A DNA stretch of 64,000 bases from Smithellaceae bacterium (lineage in GTDB: Bacteria > Desulfobacterota > Syntrophia > Syntrophales > Smithellaceae), in contig CAXXVL010000002.1 in the NCBI GenBank assembly GCA_963667845.2, forward strand, positions 3,200,001 through 3,264,000, given 5' to 3'. Below, in pieces: positions 41,637 to 54,424 of this stretch. The position numbers and the translations under genes are program-made. Below the pieces are notes generated by a model. That model worked only from the letters and a program-made list of their open reading frames with translations. It was not told where the DNA came from and ran no database searches. The number at the start of each line of letters is the position of its first letter. The stretch's first letter is position 1.

Positions 41637-42851
41637 CTAATTTTTATTCTTCATCATCTTCTGAATGCGCAGACGCAGACCATTGAGCCGAATGAAACCG
41701 ATCGCGTCCTTCTGGTTATAGACTTCGTCTCTTTCAAATGTGGCAAAGGCTTCGCTGTAAAGCGAATAAGGCGATTTACGTCCGACGACAACACAATTGC
41801 CTTTGTAAAGTTTGATCCTTGCCGTCCCTGTGACATTCTCCTGCGTTGCATCAATGTAAGTCTGAAGCGTTTTCATCTCCGGCGCATACCAGAAGCCGTT
41901 GTAGGCCAGTTGCGCGTATTTGGGAATCAGCGAATCCCGCATGAACATGACTTCGCGATCCATCGTAATGGATTCCACAGCGCGATGCGCCGCCCATAAG
42001 ACTGTTCCGCCGGGGGTTTCATAAACGCCGCGGGACTTCATGCCGACAAAGCGGTTTTCGACCATGTCCACCCGGCCAACGCCGTTCTTCCCGGCCAGGA
42101 TATTGATATGATCCATCAGTGTTGCCGGTGACATTTTCTTACCGTCGATGGCCACCGGATTTCCCTTGACGAAATCGATTTCCACATAGGTCGGCTTGTT
42201 CGGGGCCTTCTCCGGCGACTGGGTCAGCACAAAGATATTTTCCGGCGGTTCCGCCCAGGTATCTTCCAGAATGCCGCCTTCATGCGATATATGCAGGAGA
42301 TTGCGGTCGGAACTGTAAGGCTTCTTCTTCGTCAGCGGAACCGGAATCTTGTATTTCTTTGCATAATCGAACATGGATTCCCGGGAATCAAATATCCAGT
42401 TGTCGTCTTTCCACGCGGCAATGATATTGATGCCGGGGTTGAGCGCAATGTAAGTCAACTCAAATCGCACCTGATCGTTGCCTTTGCCCGTAGCTCCGTG
42501 ACACACGGCATCGGCGTTTTCCTTTTTGGCAATTTCGATTTGCCTTTTGGCAATGAGCGGCCGGGCCAGCGATGTACCCAAAAGGTACGTGCCTTCATAA
42601 ATGGCGTTGGCGCGCAGAGCTGGAAACACGAAATCGCGGGCAAATTCTTCCCGCAGATCTTCAATATATATCTTGCTCGCGCCCGTATTGATCGCTTTTT
42701 CCTCTAATCCGGTTAATTCTTCCTTCTGCCCGACATCCGCGGCAAAACAGATCACTTCGCATCCATACGTTTCAATCAGCCAGCGGACGATAACCGATGT
42801 ATCCAAACCGCCGGAATACGCCAATACTACCTTCTTAACTTTTTTCGACAC
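41637..42851 (-). CDS. argG: argininosuccinate synthase
   Basis: [33 protein letters not shown]. Confidence 0.97.
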   Translation of the reverse strand: MSKKVKKVVLAYSGGLDTSVIVRWLIETYGCEVICFAADVGQKEELTGLEEKAINTGASKIYIEDLREEFARDFVFPALRANAIYEGTYLLGTSLARPLIAKRQIEIAKKENADAVCHGATGKGNDQVRFELTYIALNPGINIIAAWKDDNWIFDSRESMFDYAKKYKIPVPLTKKKPYSSDRNLLHISHEGGILEDTWAEPPENIFVLTQSPEKAPNKPTYVEIDFVKGNPVAIDGKKMSPATLMDHINILAGKNGVGRVDMVENRFVGMKSRGVYETPGGTVLWAAHRAVESITMDREVMFMRDSLIPKYAQLAYNGFWYAPEMKTLQTYIDATQENVTGTARIKLYKGNCVVVGRKSPYSLYSEAFATFERDEVYNQKDAIGFIRLNGLRLRIQKMMKNKN

Positions 42852-42864
42852 GATTTTCTTCCTC

Positions 42865-43773
42865 CTAAAGCAATATTTCTAAAACCGCCTTTTGAACATG
42901 CAGCCGGTTTTCCGCTTCAGCGATCACAACGGATTGCGGACCGTCTATGACGTCGGCGGTAATTTCCTCGCCGCGATGAGCAGGCAGACAGTGCATGACA
43001 ATGGCGTCTTCTTTGGCCACTCTTAAAAGCTTTTCGTTAATCTGATAATTTTTAAAGATCCTTTTTCGTTCCTGAGATTCGGCCTCCTGGCCCATGCTCG
43101 TCCAAACATCCGTGTAAAGCACATCGGCATCTTTCGCAGCATCAAAGGGATCGCGATACAATCTGACTTGACCTTTCCCGCTCATCTTACCCTCTTCAAG
43201 CAAACGATGGTCGGGATCGTAGCCTTCAGGACAGGCCAGCGCCATCTCGAACGGCAACCGTGCCGCCGCTTCGATCCAACTGTTAGCGACATTATTGCCG
43301 TCACCGATATAGGCGACTCTGACACCTTCATATGATCCCTTCTTTTCCCTGATGGTGAACAAATCCGCCAGAATCTGGCATGGATGCAGCAGATCCGTTA
43401 AACCATTAATGACAGGGATAGACGCATAGCGGGCAAGTTCCTCAACGCTTTCCTGGGCAAACGTTCGGATCATGATCCCGCTGAGGTAACACGACATCAT
43501 CCGGGCCGAATCCGCGAGTGTTTCGCCGCGCCCGATCTGCGTATCCCGCGAGTTCAGAAAGAGAGCAATGCCTCCTAACTGATACATACCTACTTCAAAA
43601 GATATCCTCGTCCGAGTGGAAGACTTGTCAAAAATCATGCCGAGAGTTTTGCCTTTAAGAGGCGCGTGTTCCTTCCCCTCTTTCAGCATTCTTTTGAGCC
43701 GGGCAGCGCGAAGCCAGATTTCTTCAAAATCCGCAGGAGCCATTTCTGCAAAACTCAACAGATCCTTTTTCAT
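42865..43773 (-). CDS. argF: ornithine carbamoyltransferase
   Basis: [19 protein letters not shown]. Confidence 0.96.
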   Translation of the reverse strand: MKKDLLSFAEMAPADFEEIWLRAARLKRMLKEGKEHAPLKGKTLGMIFDKSSTRTRISFEVGMYQLGGIALFLNSRDTQIGRGETLADSARMMSCYLSGIMIRTFAQESVEELARYASIPVINGLTDLLHPCQILADLFTIREKKGSYEGVRVAYIGDGNNVANSWIEAAARLPFEMALACPEGYDPDHRLLEEGKMSGKGQVRLYRDPFDAAKDADVLYTDVWTSMGQEAESQERKRIFKNYQINEKLLRVAKEDAIVMHCLPAHRGEEITADVIDGPQSVVIAEAENRLHVQKAVLEILL

Positions 43774-44960
43774 TTCCCCTCCAAAACCGCATCCAGTATT
43801 CCGATCGCAATATCAATATCTTTTTGCGTAATGATCAGCGGCGGGACAAATCGCAGTGTTTTGCCCCCGGTGCAGTTGATGAGCAATCCCCGTTCCTGAC
43901 AGGCCCCAACGATATCGGCGCCCTCAACGGACAACGCGCAGGCCAGCATGAGTCCTCTTCCCCGGACACCGGAAATAATCGAATGCTTGGCTTTCAGGGC
44001 ATGAAGTTTTGCCAGAAAATAGCCGCCCATCTTCTGACAATTCTCCAGCACGCCCTCATCCAGCATCGTCTTTATCGTGGCTTTTGCCGCCGCCATGGCC
44101 AGCAGATTGCCGCCGAACGTCGACGCGTGATTGCCGGGGCTGAATGCTTTGGCGATTTCGTCAGTCGCCAGCATGGCACCCACCGGAAAACCATTTCCCA
44201 GGGCTTTAGCCAACGTCATGATGTCCGGCTTGATGCCGGAATATTCATAGGCAAATAATTTACCCGTTCGTCCGATACCGGTTTGCACTTCATCGACAAT
44301 CATTAAAATCTTATGCCTGTTGCAGATTTCCCTGACCTCGGCCAGATACGCTTCGTCGGGAATGATTACCCCGCCCTCCCCCTGAATCGGTTCAAGCATG
44401 ATGCCGCAGGTTTTGGGTGTGATGGCCGCCTCCAGTGCCGCGGGATCGTTAAACGGTACGTATCGGAAACCATCCAGAAGCGGTGTAAACCCGAACTGAA
44501 ACTTCTCCTGCCCTGTTGCCGTGATGGTCGCCATGGTCCGCCCATGAAAAGAATCCTTCATCGTGATGAGCTCAAATCTGTCCGCGCCCATGTTCTCGTG
44601 AGAATATTTTCGAGCGAGTTTGATAGCCGCCTCGTTGGCTTCCGCACCGCTGTTGCAAAAAAAGACTTTGCCGGCAAACGAATGCTTCGTCAGAAGCCGG
44701 GCGACTTCCCCTTGCGGTTGCGTGTAATACAAATTGGAAACATGCGTCAGATCTTTAACCTGCTTTCTGATGGCTTTAACAACATTTGGATGGGAATGCC
44801 CCAGATTACAGACGGCAATACCCGCAACAAAATCGAGATATTCTTTTCCGTTGGCGTCCCAGACCCGCGCCCCCTCTCCTTTTACGAGAGCGATCGGAAC
44901 GCGCCTGTAGGTATTCATGATATTATCATCGGCCAGAGCCTTGATCTTTTTTTCATTCAT
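43770..44960 (-). CDS. argD: acetylornithine aminotransferase
   Basis: NSGAEANE, FHGRT, DEVQTG, LAKALG; position in arg cluster. Confidence 0.95.
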   Translation of the reverse strand: MNEKKIKALADDNIMNTYRRVPIALVKGEGARVWDANGKEYLDFVAGIAVCNLGHSHPNVVKAIRKQVKDLTHVSNLYYTQPQGEVARLLTKHSFAGKVFFCNSGAEANEAAIKLARKYSHENMGADRFELITMKDSFHGRTMATITATGQEKFQFGFTPLLDGFRYVPFNDPAALEAAITPKTCGIMLEPIQGEGGVIIPDEAYLAEVREICNRHKILMIVDEVQTGIGRTGKLFAYEYSGIKPDIMTLAKALGNGFPVGAMLATDEIAKAFSPGNHASTFGGNLLAMAAAKATIKTMLDEGVLENCQKMGGYFLAKLHALKAKHSIISGVRGRGLMLACALSVEGADIVGACQERGLLINCTGGKTLRFVPPLIITQKDIDIAIGILDAVLEGK

Positions 44961-44978
44961 CGTGGATTCTTCCTTTTC

Positions 44979-47278
<2,300 letters not shown>

Positions 47279-47293
47279 CTTTTAAACAGCTCC

Positions 47294-47869
47294 TTACTTT
47301 TTGTTCTTTTTGACTTCTTTGGGCTTTTCGCAATTGAGATCAATCTCTTCAATCGTAATATGATCATTGGTATAAATACAAATTTCCGAAGCGATCTTCA
47401 TCGACTCTTTGGCGATTTCAGTGGCGGATAGAGTGCTGTGCTTCACCAGTGCGCGCGCCGCCGCCTGCGCAAAGGCGCCGCCGGATCCGATAGCCATGAC
47501 ATCATCATCCGATTCGATAACATCGCCGTTCCCGGAAATGATCAGGGAATAATCTCGGCTCACCGCAATCATCAGGGCTTCCAGATGTCGCAGCACCCGG
47601 TCTGTCCGCCAATCTTTGGTCAGTTCGACCGCCGCACGCAGCAGATTGCCGTTGTATTGCTCCAGTTTCTGGTCGAACCGGTCAAACAACGTAAAGGCGT
47701 CCGCCGTCGCCCCCGCGAATCCTACAATCACTTCGTCGTTATAAAGCCTGCGCACCTTGCGGGCTCCGTGTTTCAATATTGTCGTATCCAATGTCACCTG
47801 ACCGTCGCCGGCTACGGTGATTTTATCGTCCTTCTTAATGGCCAGTATGGTTGTGCCTCTAATATGCAT
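47294..47869 (-). CDS. hslV: ATP-dependent protease peptidase subunit
   Basis: [25 protein letters not shown]. Confidence 0.97.
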   Translation of the reverse strand: MHIRGTTILAIKKDDKITVAGDGQVTLDTTILKHGARKVRRLYNDEVIVGFAGATADAFTLFDRFDQKLEQYNGNLLRAAVELTKDWRTDRVLRHLEALMIAVSRDYSLIISGNGDVIESDDDVMAIGSGGAFAQAAARALVKHSTLSATEIAKESMKIASEICIYTNDHITIEEIDLNCEKPKEVKKNKK

Positions 47870-47960
47870 TTTCTCTCCCTGTAATAAGATCTTTCAATTC
47901 TTCCCAAATCTTTGGGATCCATTCGACCAAGCCGTTCACTACAACCGCACCGTAAGCGGG

Positions 47961-48887
47961 TCAGTCTCGTTTGTTCTTCGCCCTTGGATGGGCTTTGTCA
48001 TACACTTCCATCAGACGGCTGATATTAACCGCCGTGTATTTCTGCGTTGTCGAAAGACTCTCATGTCCCAGCATTTCCTGGATCGACCGTAAATCAGCTC
48101 CTGCGGAAAGCAAGTGCGTGGCGAAACTGTGGCGAAGTGCGTGCGGACTGATCTTCCGTCCAATACCGCTCTTGATCGTGACCGCATCCACAATGCGGGC
48201 AATGCTTCTGGTTGTAATCCTTTTGCCGCGCGAATTCAGAAAAAGGGCTCCGCCTGATGAATCCGCGAGAAACTCTTTCCTGACATTCGCCGTCGCGGAC
48301 AGATATCTATCGATGGCGTTCAGCGCCTGCGCTCCCACAGGAACGATTCTTTCTTTCTTCCCCTTACCGCGCAGTTTGACCAGCGCCCCGTTGAAATTAA
48401 TATCTTCCTTATCCAGTCCGGCGAGTTCTGCCAACCTGAGTCCCGACGAATAGAACAACTCGAGCATCGCCCGGTCGCGCAGGCCGGCTGCGGAATTATT
48501 GCTTCCGGAAGCGTCCAGGAGCGCAAACGCTTCATCTACCGACAAGAAAGTCGGCATGTACTTCTCCATTTTTGGAGTCTGAACAGCCTGAGCCGGATTG
48601 GTTTTAATCCTTCCTTCGCGCAGCACATATTTGTAAAACGCCCGCAGGGAAGATATCTTGCGGTTGATGGATACTTTTTTTAACTTCCGGCTGTGCAGAT
48701 AAGCCAGATAACCACGCATGGTATCCGTGTTTACATCCAGCAACGTCGTGTGTGCCGATATACTGTCCCTGCTTTGCAGGAATTCATTAAACTCCTCGAT
48801 ATCCGTCAGATAAGCCACGCGGGTATGTTCCGATACATTGCGCTCCACATCCAGAAATGTTCGAAAATCAGCGAGCAGATCTTTCAT
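47961..48887 (-). CDS. xerC: tyrosine recombinase XerC
   Basis: SGLRLAEL, GKGKKER, HALRHSFATH, LGHESLSTTQKY; xerC-hslVU synteny. Confidence 0.92.
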   Translation of the reverse strand: MKDLLADFRTFLDVERNVSEHTRVAYLTDIEEFNEFLQSRDSISAHTTLLDVNTDTMRGYLAYLHSRKLKKVSINRKISSLRAFYKYVLREGRIKTNPAQAVQTPKMEKYMPTFLSVDEAFALLDASGSNNSAAGLRDRAMLELFYSSGLRLAELAGLDKEDINFNGALVKLRGKGKKERIVPVGAQALNAIDRYLSATANVRKEFLADSSGGALFLNSRGKRITTRSIARIVDAVTIKSGIGRKISPHALRHSFATHLLSAGADLRSIQEMLGHESLSTTQKYTAVNISRLMEVYDKAHPRAKNKRD

Positions 48888-48890
48888 GCT

Positions 48891-49391
48891 TCACATCTTG
48901 TATTTTCCGAAATCTTCGGCTGATAAATTTTCCAGAAATTCTTTGATCTTATCTTCCTTAAACTTGTCGATATCGGTAAGCTTCATCCCGAAATCGATGT
49001 TTCGGGATTTCTCCAGCACGCTCTCTTCCACAAAAATGGACGCTTCAGCTCTCAGTGCCAATGCAATGGCATCGCTGGGCCGCGCGTCGATAGTGTATGT
49101 TTGCCCTTCTCTGGTCAGGTAAACGCTGGCAAAAAATGTATTATTCCGAATATCGATAATTTCAATGCGATTGACCGTAACGCCCAGCGCCTTGATGCAT
49201 TCGTATAACAGGTCATGCGTCATCGGCCGCGAAAAAACAACATGCTCCAGTTCCGTAGCGATGGCGCTCGCTTCAAATAAACCAATCCAAATAGGGATGG
49301 CCTTGCTTTCCTGCATATCTTTCAGGATGACAATAGGTGTATTGGTGATCGGATCAAGTGTCAACCCCGATACCTTCATCTCCAGCAGCAT
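48891..49391 (-). CDS. bifunctional nuclease family protein (DUF151)
   Basis: PIWIGLFEA, RPMTHDL, DARPSDAIALA. Confidence 0.92.
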   Translation of the reverse strand: MLLEMKVSGLTLDPITNTPIVILKDMQESKAIPIWIGLFEASAIATELEHVVFSRPMTHDLLYECIKALGVTVNRIEIIDIRNNTFFASVYLTREGQTYTIDARPSDAIALALRAEASIFVEESVLEKSRNIDFGMKLTDIDKFKEDKIKEFLENLSAEDFGKYKM

Positions 49392-50727
49392 CCCCAACCT
49401 CCTTAACGATCAATCTTTTTCCCCGCAGTGAATGCAAATACCCGCGTGTTATTTCCACAAGCACTTTTTCGCCGATTAACTCCGGACTGCCTTTAAAGTT
49501 CACTATTTTCCACGAACGTGCCCGGCCCATCATATCCTGTTCGGAATTTCTGCTTCGGCCTTCTACCAGGACTTCCTGGACGCTTCCTTCCAGTGCCGAG
49601 TTACTTTCCTGCGTGTGTCCGTCCTGCAGTGCCTGTAATTCCTTAAGCCGTCGTCGTTTTTCAGATTCCGGCACCTTGTCCGGCAGCGTCTGGGCCGCGG
49701 TTCCTTTACGTTCAGAATACTTAAACGAAAACACTGAATCAAACCTGATTTTTTCCATCATGTCAATGGTTTCTTGATAATCTTTGACTGTTTCCCCCGG
49801 AAATCCGACAATGATATCGGACGTAATACTGATTTGAGGACAGACGGCGCGCAAATGATCAATTTTCCGAAGATATTCCTCCGATGAATAACCGCGATTC
49901 ATCAGTCTTAAAATACGATTGGAACCGGACTGTACGGGAAGATGAATATGCTCACATAATTTAGGCACATGTGCAAAACAGTCAATTAACTCATCCGATA
50001 AATCTTTCGGATGCGATGTCGTAAAACGAATGCGTTCAATCCCGTTAATGCCGCTGATTTTCTCTATCAGAGAAACAAAATTACAGGCCTGTTTTAATTT
50101 CTTCCCGTATGAATTAACGTTCTGCCCCAAAAGGGTTACTTCCTTCACGCCCAATTTGGCCAATTCCCTCACCTCATGAACAATATCGTCGGGCATCCGG
50201 CTCATTTCGGGACCCCGTAGAAACGGCACAACGCAGTAAGCGCAATAATTGTCGCATCCCTGCATAATGGAAACAAAGGCGCATAAAGATCGTTCCGGTG
50301 GCGGCGCAAAAATATTAAGCGAATGAATGCTGGAAGAAAAATCGATCTGGGTGACTTTCCTTCTGTTCTTCGCTACGGAGGCAATCATTTCCGGCAATCG
50401 ATGGATGTTATGGGTACCGAAAACCAGATCAACGCCTTTCACTCGGGCGAAAACTTTCTTGCCCAGATGCTGCGCCAGACAGCCGGCAAAGCCGACGATC
50501 AAATTCGGATTCTCTTCTTTCAACTTCATCAGTCGTCCCAATTCACTGAAGGCCTTTTGCTCCGCTTTTTCCCTGATGGAACAGGTGTTGATCAGAATCA
50601 GGTCCGCTGTTGCGGGCTCGTCGGTCAAATAATATCCGATACTTTGAAGCAAAACAGCCATTTGCTCCGAGTCATGCACATTCATTTGGCAGCCGAATGT
50701 TTCGATATATAAACGCTTATTTTGCAT
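49354..50727 (-). CDS. miaB: tRNA-2-methylthio-N6-dimethylallyladenosine synthase
   Basis: TFGCQMN..DSE, CDNYCAYC, C-terminal TRAM domain. Confidence 0.96.
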   Translation of the reverse strand: MQNKRLYIETFGCQMNVHDSEQMAVLLQSIGYYLTDEPATADLILINTCSIREKAEQKAFSELGRLMKLKEENPNLIVGFAGCLAQHLGKKVFARVKGVDLVFGTHNIHRLPEMIASVAKNRRKVTQIDFSSSIHSLNIFAPPPERSLCAFVSIMQGCDNYCAYCVVPFLRGPEMSRMPDDIVHEVRELAKLGVKEVTLLGQNVNSYGKKLKQACNFVSLIEKISGINGIERIRFTTSHPKDLSDELIDCFAHVPKLCEHIHLPVQSGSNRILRLMNRGYSSEEYLRKIDHLRAVCPQISITSDIIVGFPGETVKDYQETIDMMEKIRFDSVFSFKYSERKGTAAQTLPDKVPESEKRRRLKELQALQDGHTQESNSALEGSVQEVLVEGRSRNSEQDMMGRARSWKIVNFKGSPELIGEKVLVEITRGYLHSLRGKRLIVKEVGDAAGDEGIGVDT

Positions 50728-50777
50728 ATTGATCAGTCAATTCACACGGAAATTAATATGGAAAAAGGATTAGTATG

Positions 50778-51638
50778 TCACAGGATGTTAGTCAATCGAT
50801 TTTTCAGAATGTTGCTTAAACTTCCAAACTCAAAAAGGGACAGGGTTTCGCCTCTTCTTTTGCCGTCAATGCCGGCTTCGCAGAGCGCTGATTTTAGATC
50901 CGCGTCGGATATCGTTTTCAAGAATTCAGAGTTTTTTAAATTATTGCTCAGCATTTTGCGACGCTGGGCAAACGACGCTTTGACCAGACGATTGAAGAGA
51001 ATTTCATCCGACAATTCCACCCGTGCGGCACTCCGGAATGAACCTCTGAGTATCGAAGAATCCACTTTCGGCGCGGGATAGAAACAGGCGGCCGAAACAT
51101 CAAAGAGCCGCTCCATATCCGCATACATTTGAAACAATACGGAAGGTATGCCATAGGTTTTATGACCGGGCAACGACACCAGCCTTTCTACAACTTCTTT
51201 TTGCAGCATCAGTGTAAAATCGCTGATCACGGACCGGTTAGACAGTAAATTAAAAATAAGAGGACTGGAAATGTTGTACGGAACATTACCGATAACTTTA
51301 AGTTTTGAACCGTACTTATCTGATATTGAAACGAAATCTAGCTTCAATATATCACATAAACAGACTTCTACATTCGAGAATTCACCGCGTTGGTCCTGAA
51401 GGACGGCCACCAGCTGGGGATCGATTTCTATGGCAACAACTTTCCTGGCAATCTGTGCAATATACTTTGTCAGGACCCCGATCCCGGCACCTATTTCCAA
51501 AACGATGTCATCCGGACTAATTCTTCCTGCCCGGACAATCCTGTGGATAGTGTTCACGTCGACCAGGAAGGACTGACCCAGCTTTTTCTTCGGCTTAATT
51601 CCATACCGGCGTAAAATTTCTTTGGGTGTTGGCATCAT
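50778..51638 (-). CDS. rsmA: 16S rRNA m6,2A dimethyltransferase
   Basis: KKLGQSFL, LEIGAGIG, GNVPYNIS, PAPKVDS. Start trimmed to 51638. Confidence 0.95.
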   Translation of the reverse strand: MMPTPKEILRRYGIKPKKKLGQSFLVDVNTIHRIVRAGRISPDDIVLEIGAGIGVLTKYIAQIARKVVAIEIDPQLVAVLQDQRGEFSNVEVCLCDILKLDFVSISDKYGSKLKVIGNVPYNISSPLIFNLLSNRSVISDFTLMLQKEVVERLVSLPGHKTYGIPSVLFQMYADMERLFDVSAACFYPAPKVDSSILRGSFRSAARVELSDEILFNRLVKASFAQRRKMLSNNLKNSEFLKTISDADLKSALCEAGIDGKRRGETLSLFEFGSLSNILKNRLTNIL

Positions 51639-51640
51639 TT

Positions 51641-52654
51641 TTATGAGACGTGCGCAGCTAAAGGCCAGCGCGATACGGCATTTAAATCCAACGAATCCGA
51701 GCGACCCGTTTTGAGCACGATCTCTCCCAGCACAGCAATCATGGCCGCGTTGTCCGTACATAAAACCATGGGAGGAATAAACAATTTCATGCCCGCTTGG
51801 GCTGTGGCATCGGCGAATCTCAAACGCAGGCGGCTGTTGGCGGCGACACCGCCGCAGACAACGATATCGGCAATATTATTTTTGCCCGCCCCCTTGAGCG
51901 TTTTCTCGACAAGGACATCGATAATAGCTTCCTGATAGCTCGCTACGACATCGGGTAATTCATCGGGGCTAAAATGTCCTCCCCGTTTTTTATACAAAGT
52001 CAGGAGTGACGTCTTCAACCCGCTGAAACTGAAATCGGGCGAATCTTTCATTGCCCGGGGAAATTCAAATGCGGCGGGATTTCCCGCCTTGGCCATTTTG
52101 TCGATCACCACTCCTCCCGGATACCCGAGATCAAGCAGCTTCGCGGCCTTATCAAAGGCTTCACCCGCAGCGTCGTCACGCGACTGCCCCAGCAGTTTAA
52201 AATCGTGATAATTATTAACCAGGTATACGTTGGTGTGCCCTCCGGATACGACCAGTGCGGCAAAAGGAAACTGCGGTTTTTTTTCAGCAAGGAAGGAAGC
52301 CATGATGTGACCTTCCAGGTGATTAACACCGACAAACGGAATATGAAGACCATAGGCCAGCGCCTTGGCTGTTGATAATCCGACAAGCAGTGAACCGATC
52401 AAACCGGGCCCACGCGTGACGGCAATTCCTTCTATGTCCGCGAGTGATATGCGCGCATCCGCAACGGCCTCCATAATCACCGGTGCAATCGCTTCAATAT
52501 GTTTACGCGAGGCGATCTCCGGAACAACGCCCCCGTAAATGCTGTGATCTTTTATTTGCGAAGCGATGATATTGGACAGGAGCTGTCCATCCCTCACAAC
52601 TGCTGCGGCCGTTTCGTCACACGATGATTCAATTCCTAAAACTAACAAATTCAC
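51641..52654 (-). CDS. tsaD: tRNA N6-adenosine threonylcarbamoyltransferase
   Basis: GIESSCDET, GGVVPEIASRKH, HLEGH, SGGHT, CTDNAAMI. Confidence 0.97.
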   Translation of the reverse strand: MNLLVLGIESSCDETAAAVVRDGQLLSNIIASQIKDHSIYGGVVPEIASRKHIEAIAPVIMEAVADARISLADIEGIAVTRGPGLIGSLLVGLSTAKALAYGLHIPFVGVNHLEGHIMASFLAEKKPQFPFAALVVSGGHTNVYLVNNYHDFKLLGQSRDDAAGEAFDKAAKLLDLGYPGGVVIDKMAKAGNPAAFEFPRAMKDSPDFSFSGLKTSLLTLYKKRGGHFSPDELPDVVASYQEAIIDVLVEKTLKGAGKNNIADIVVCGGVAANSRLRLRFADATAQAGMKLFIPPMVLCTDNAAMIAVLGEIVLKTGRSDSLDLNAVSRWPLAAHVS

Positions 52655-52757
52655 TCCTTCGATAAATTACTTTACAAACGCTTAAAAAGGCTTATATAAA
52701 AGCGCCCGTGATTTGTAAACAAACTTTTACCAACACTTAATGATCGGACGACATTCT

Positions 52758-54350
52758 ATGGAAATCAAAACAGACTTCTTAATTATCGGCAGCGGCATTG
52801 CCGGCTTGAGTCTGGCCATCAAAGTGGCACAGCTCGGGACGGTAGCCATTGTCACCAAAAAAGAAAAATCGGAATCCAACACGAATTACGCTCAGGGCGG
52901 CATTGCCGCGGTCACCGACAAAACAGACAGCTTTGAAGAACACATCAGCGATACACTAGCCTGCGGCGCGGGGCTGTGCCAGAAAGAGGTCGTTGATTTT
53001 GTCGTTCGCGAAGCTCCGCCCCGCATTCGGGAGTTAATCGACTGGGGCGTCAATTTTACAAAATCCGAAACCCCGCCCCATCTTTACGATTTGGGTCAGG
53101 AAGGCGGGCATCATCGCCGCCGCGTCCTTCATGCCAAAGATCTGACCGGCCGCGAGATCGAACGGGCGCTTCACGAGAAGGTTGCAGCTCTCAAGAATGT
53201 CCAGATTTACGAAAATCATATCGGCATCGATCTCATCATCCAGAAGGATAGCGACGGACGGACGATTAACTGCCCGGGGGCCTATGTGCTCGATATTAAC
53301 AACGGCGAAATCCACACATACCGGGCCAAATATACCATTCTTTCCACGGGAGGCGCCGGCAAAGTTTATCTGATTACCACCAATCCCGATATTGCGACCG
53401 GCGACGGCATCGCCATGGCTTACCGGGCGGGTGCAAGAATTGCCAACATGGAATTCATTCAGTTTCATCCGACGTGTCTGTTCCATCCGGAAGCCAAAGC
53501 GTTTCTGATCAGTGAGGCCGTCCGCGGCGAAGGCGGGATTCTCAAATTGAAAAGCGGTGAGACTTTCATGGAGAAGTATCATCCGATGAAAAGCCTTGCC
53601 CCGCGGGATGTCGTGGCCAAGGCCATCGATACGGAAATCAAGCAGTCCGGCAACGAATATGTCCTTTTGGACATCACACATCACAGCCGTGATTTTCTGA
53701 TCAACCGGTTTCCCAACATTTATCACAAATGCCTGGAATACGGCATAGACATGGCCACGCAGCCGATCCCGATTGCGCCGGCCGCCCATTATATCTGCGG
53801 TGGTGTGGCCGTCGACCACTACGGCAAGACCTCCATTGACAATCTTTTCGCCTGCGGTGAAGTCTCCTGCACCGGCCTGCACGGCGCCAACCGTCTGGCC
53901 AGCAATTCGCTTTTGGAAGCTCTGGTTTACTCCCACCGGGTTTTTACAAAAATTTCGAAATCTTTCAAGCAAACGCAAATCAGCACGGTGCCGATCCGCC
54001 CCTGGGACCCCGGCGATTCGTCTGAAAGTAACGACAGCATTGTCGTCACCAATAACTGGGACGAAATCCGCCGGTGTATGTGGAATTACGTCGGCATCGT
54101 CCGGTCGGACAAAAGATTGGAACGTGCCGAGCGCAGAATTGACATGGTTCAACGGGAAATTGATGAATACTACTGGAATTATAAAGTGACCAAAGACCTG
54201 ATCGAACTGCGCAATATCACCACGGTGGCTAAACTGATTGTCCAGAGCGCCCTTTCCAGAAAAGAAAGCCGCGGCCTGCACTACACCATGGATTATCCGG
54301 ATTCGTCGGATTCCTTCCTGAAAGACACGATCCTGGTAAAAACAAATTGA
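52758..54350 (+). CDS. nadB: L-aspartate oxidase
   Basis: GSGIAGL, YAQGGIAA, QFHPT, GLHGANRLASNSLLE, ESRGLH. Confidence 0.96.
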   Translation: MEIKTDFLIIGSGIAGLSLAIKVAQLGTVAIVTKKEKSESNTNYAQGGIAAVTDKTDSFEEHISDTLACGAGLCQKEVVDFVVREAPPRIRELIDWGVNFTKSETPPHLYDLGQEGGHHRRRVLHAKDLTGREIERALHEKVAALKNVQIYENHIGIDLIIQKDSDGRTINCPGAYVLDINNGEIHTYRAKYTILSTGGAGKVYLITTNPDIATGDGIAMAYRAGARIANMEFIQFHPTCLFHPEAKAFLISEAVRGEGGILKLKSGETFMEKYHPMKSLAPRDVVAKAIDTEIKQSGNEYVLLDITHHSRDFLINRFPNIYHKCLEYGIDMATQPIPIAPAAHYICGGVAVDHYGKTSIDNLFACGEVSCTGLHGANRLASNSLLEALVYSHRVFTKISKSFKQTQISTVPIRPWDPGDSSESNDSIVVTNNWDEIRRCMWNYVGIVRSDKRLERAERRIDMVQREIDEYYWNYKVTKDLIELRNITTVAKLIVQSALSRKESRGLHYTMDYPDSSDSFLKDTILVKTN

Positions 54351-54380
54351 TTCTTCCCTTTTCGGGTTGCCGGATATTCT

Positions 54381-54408
54381 GTAGGGAACGGTTGCGACCG
54401 TTCCCTAC
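54381..54408. repeat. GTAG-type REP-like palindrome between convergent nadB and purB
   Basis: GTAGGGAACGGT-TGCG-ACCGTTCCCTAC, perfect 12-bp stem. Confidence 0.65.
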
Positions 54409-54424
54409 GCCTGCTGTTTGCCTT

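Noticed and set aside
47961..48887. Tyrosine recombinase as phage or integron integrase
   Set aside because: XerC-like sequence in the conserved xerC-hslV-hslU context, with no att sites or cargo seen.
53034..54281. 415-aa antisense ORF
   Set aside because: Lies wholly opposite nadB and has no recognisable motifs; a codon-bias shadow.
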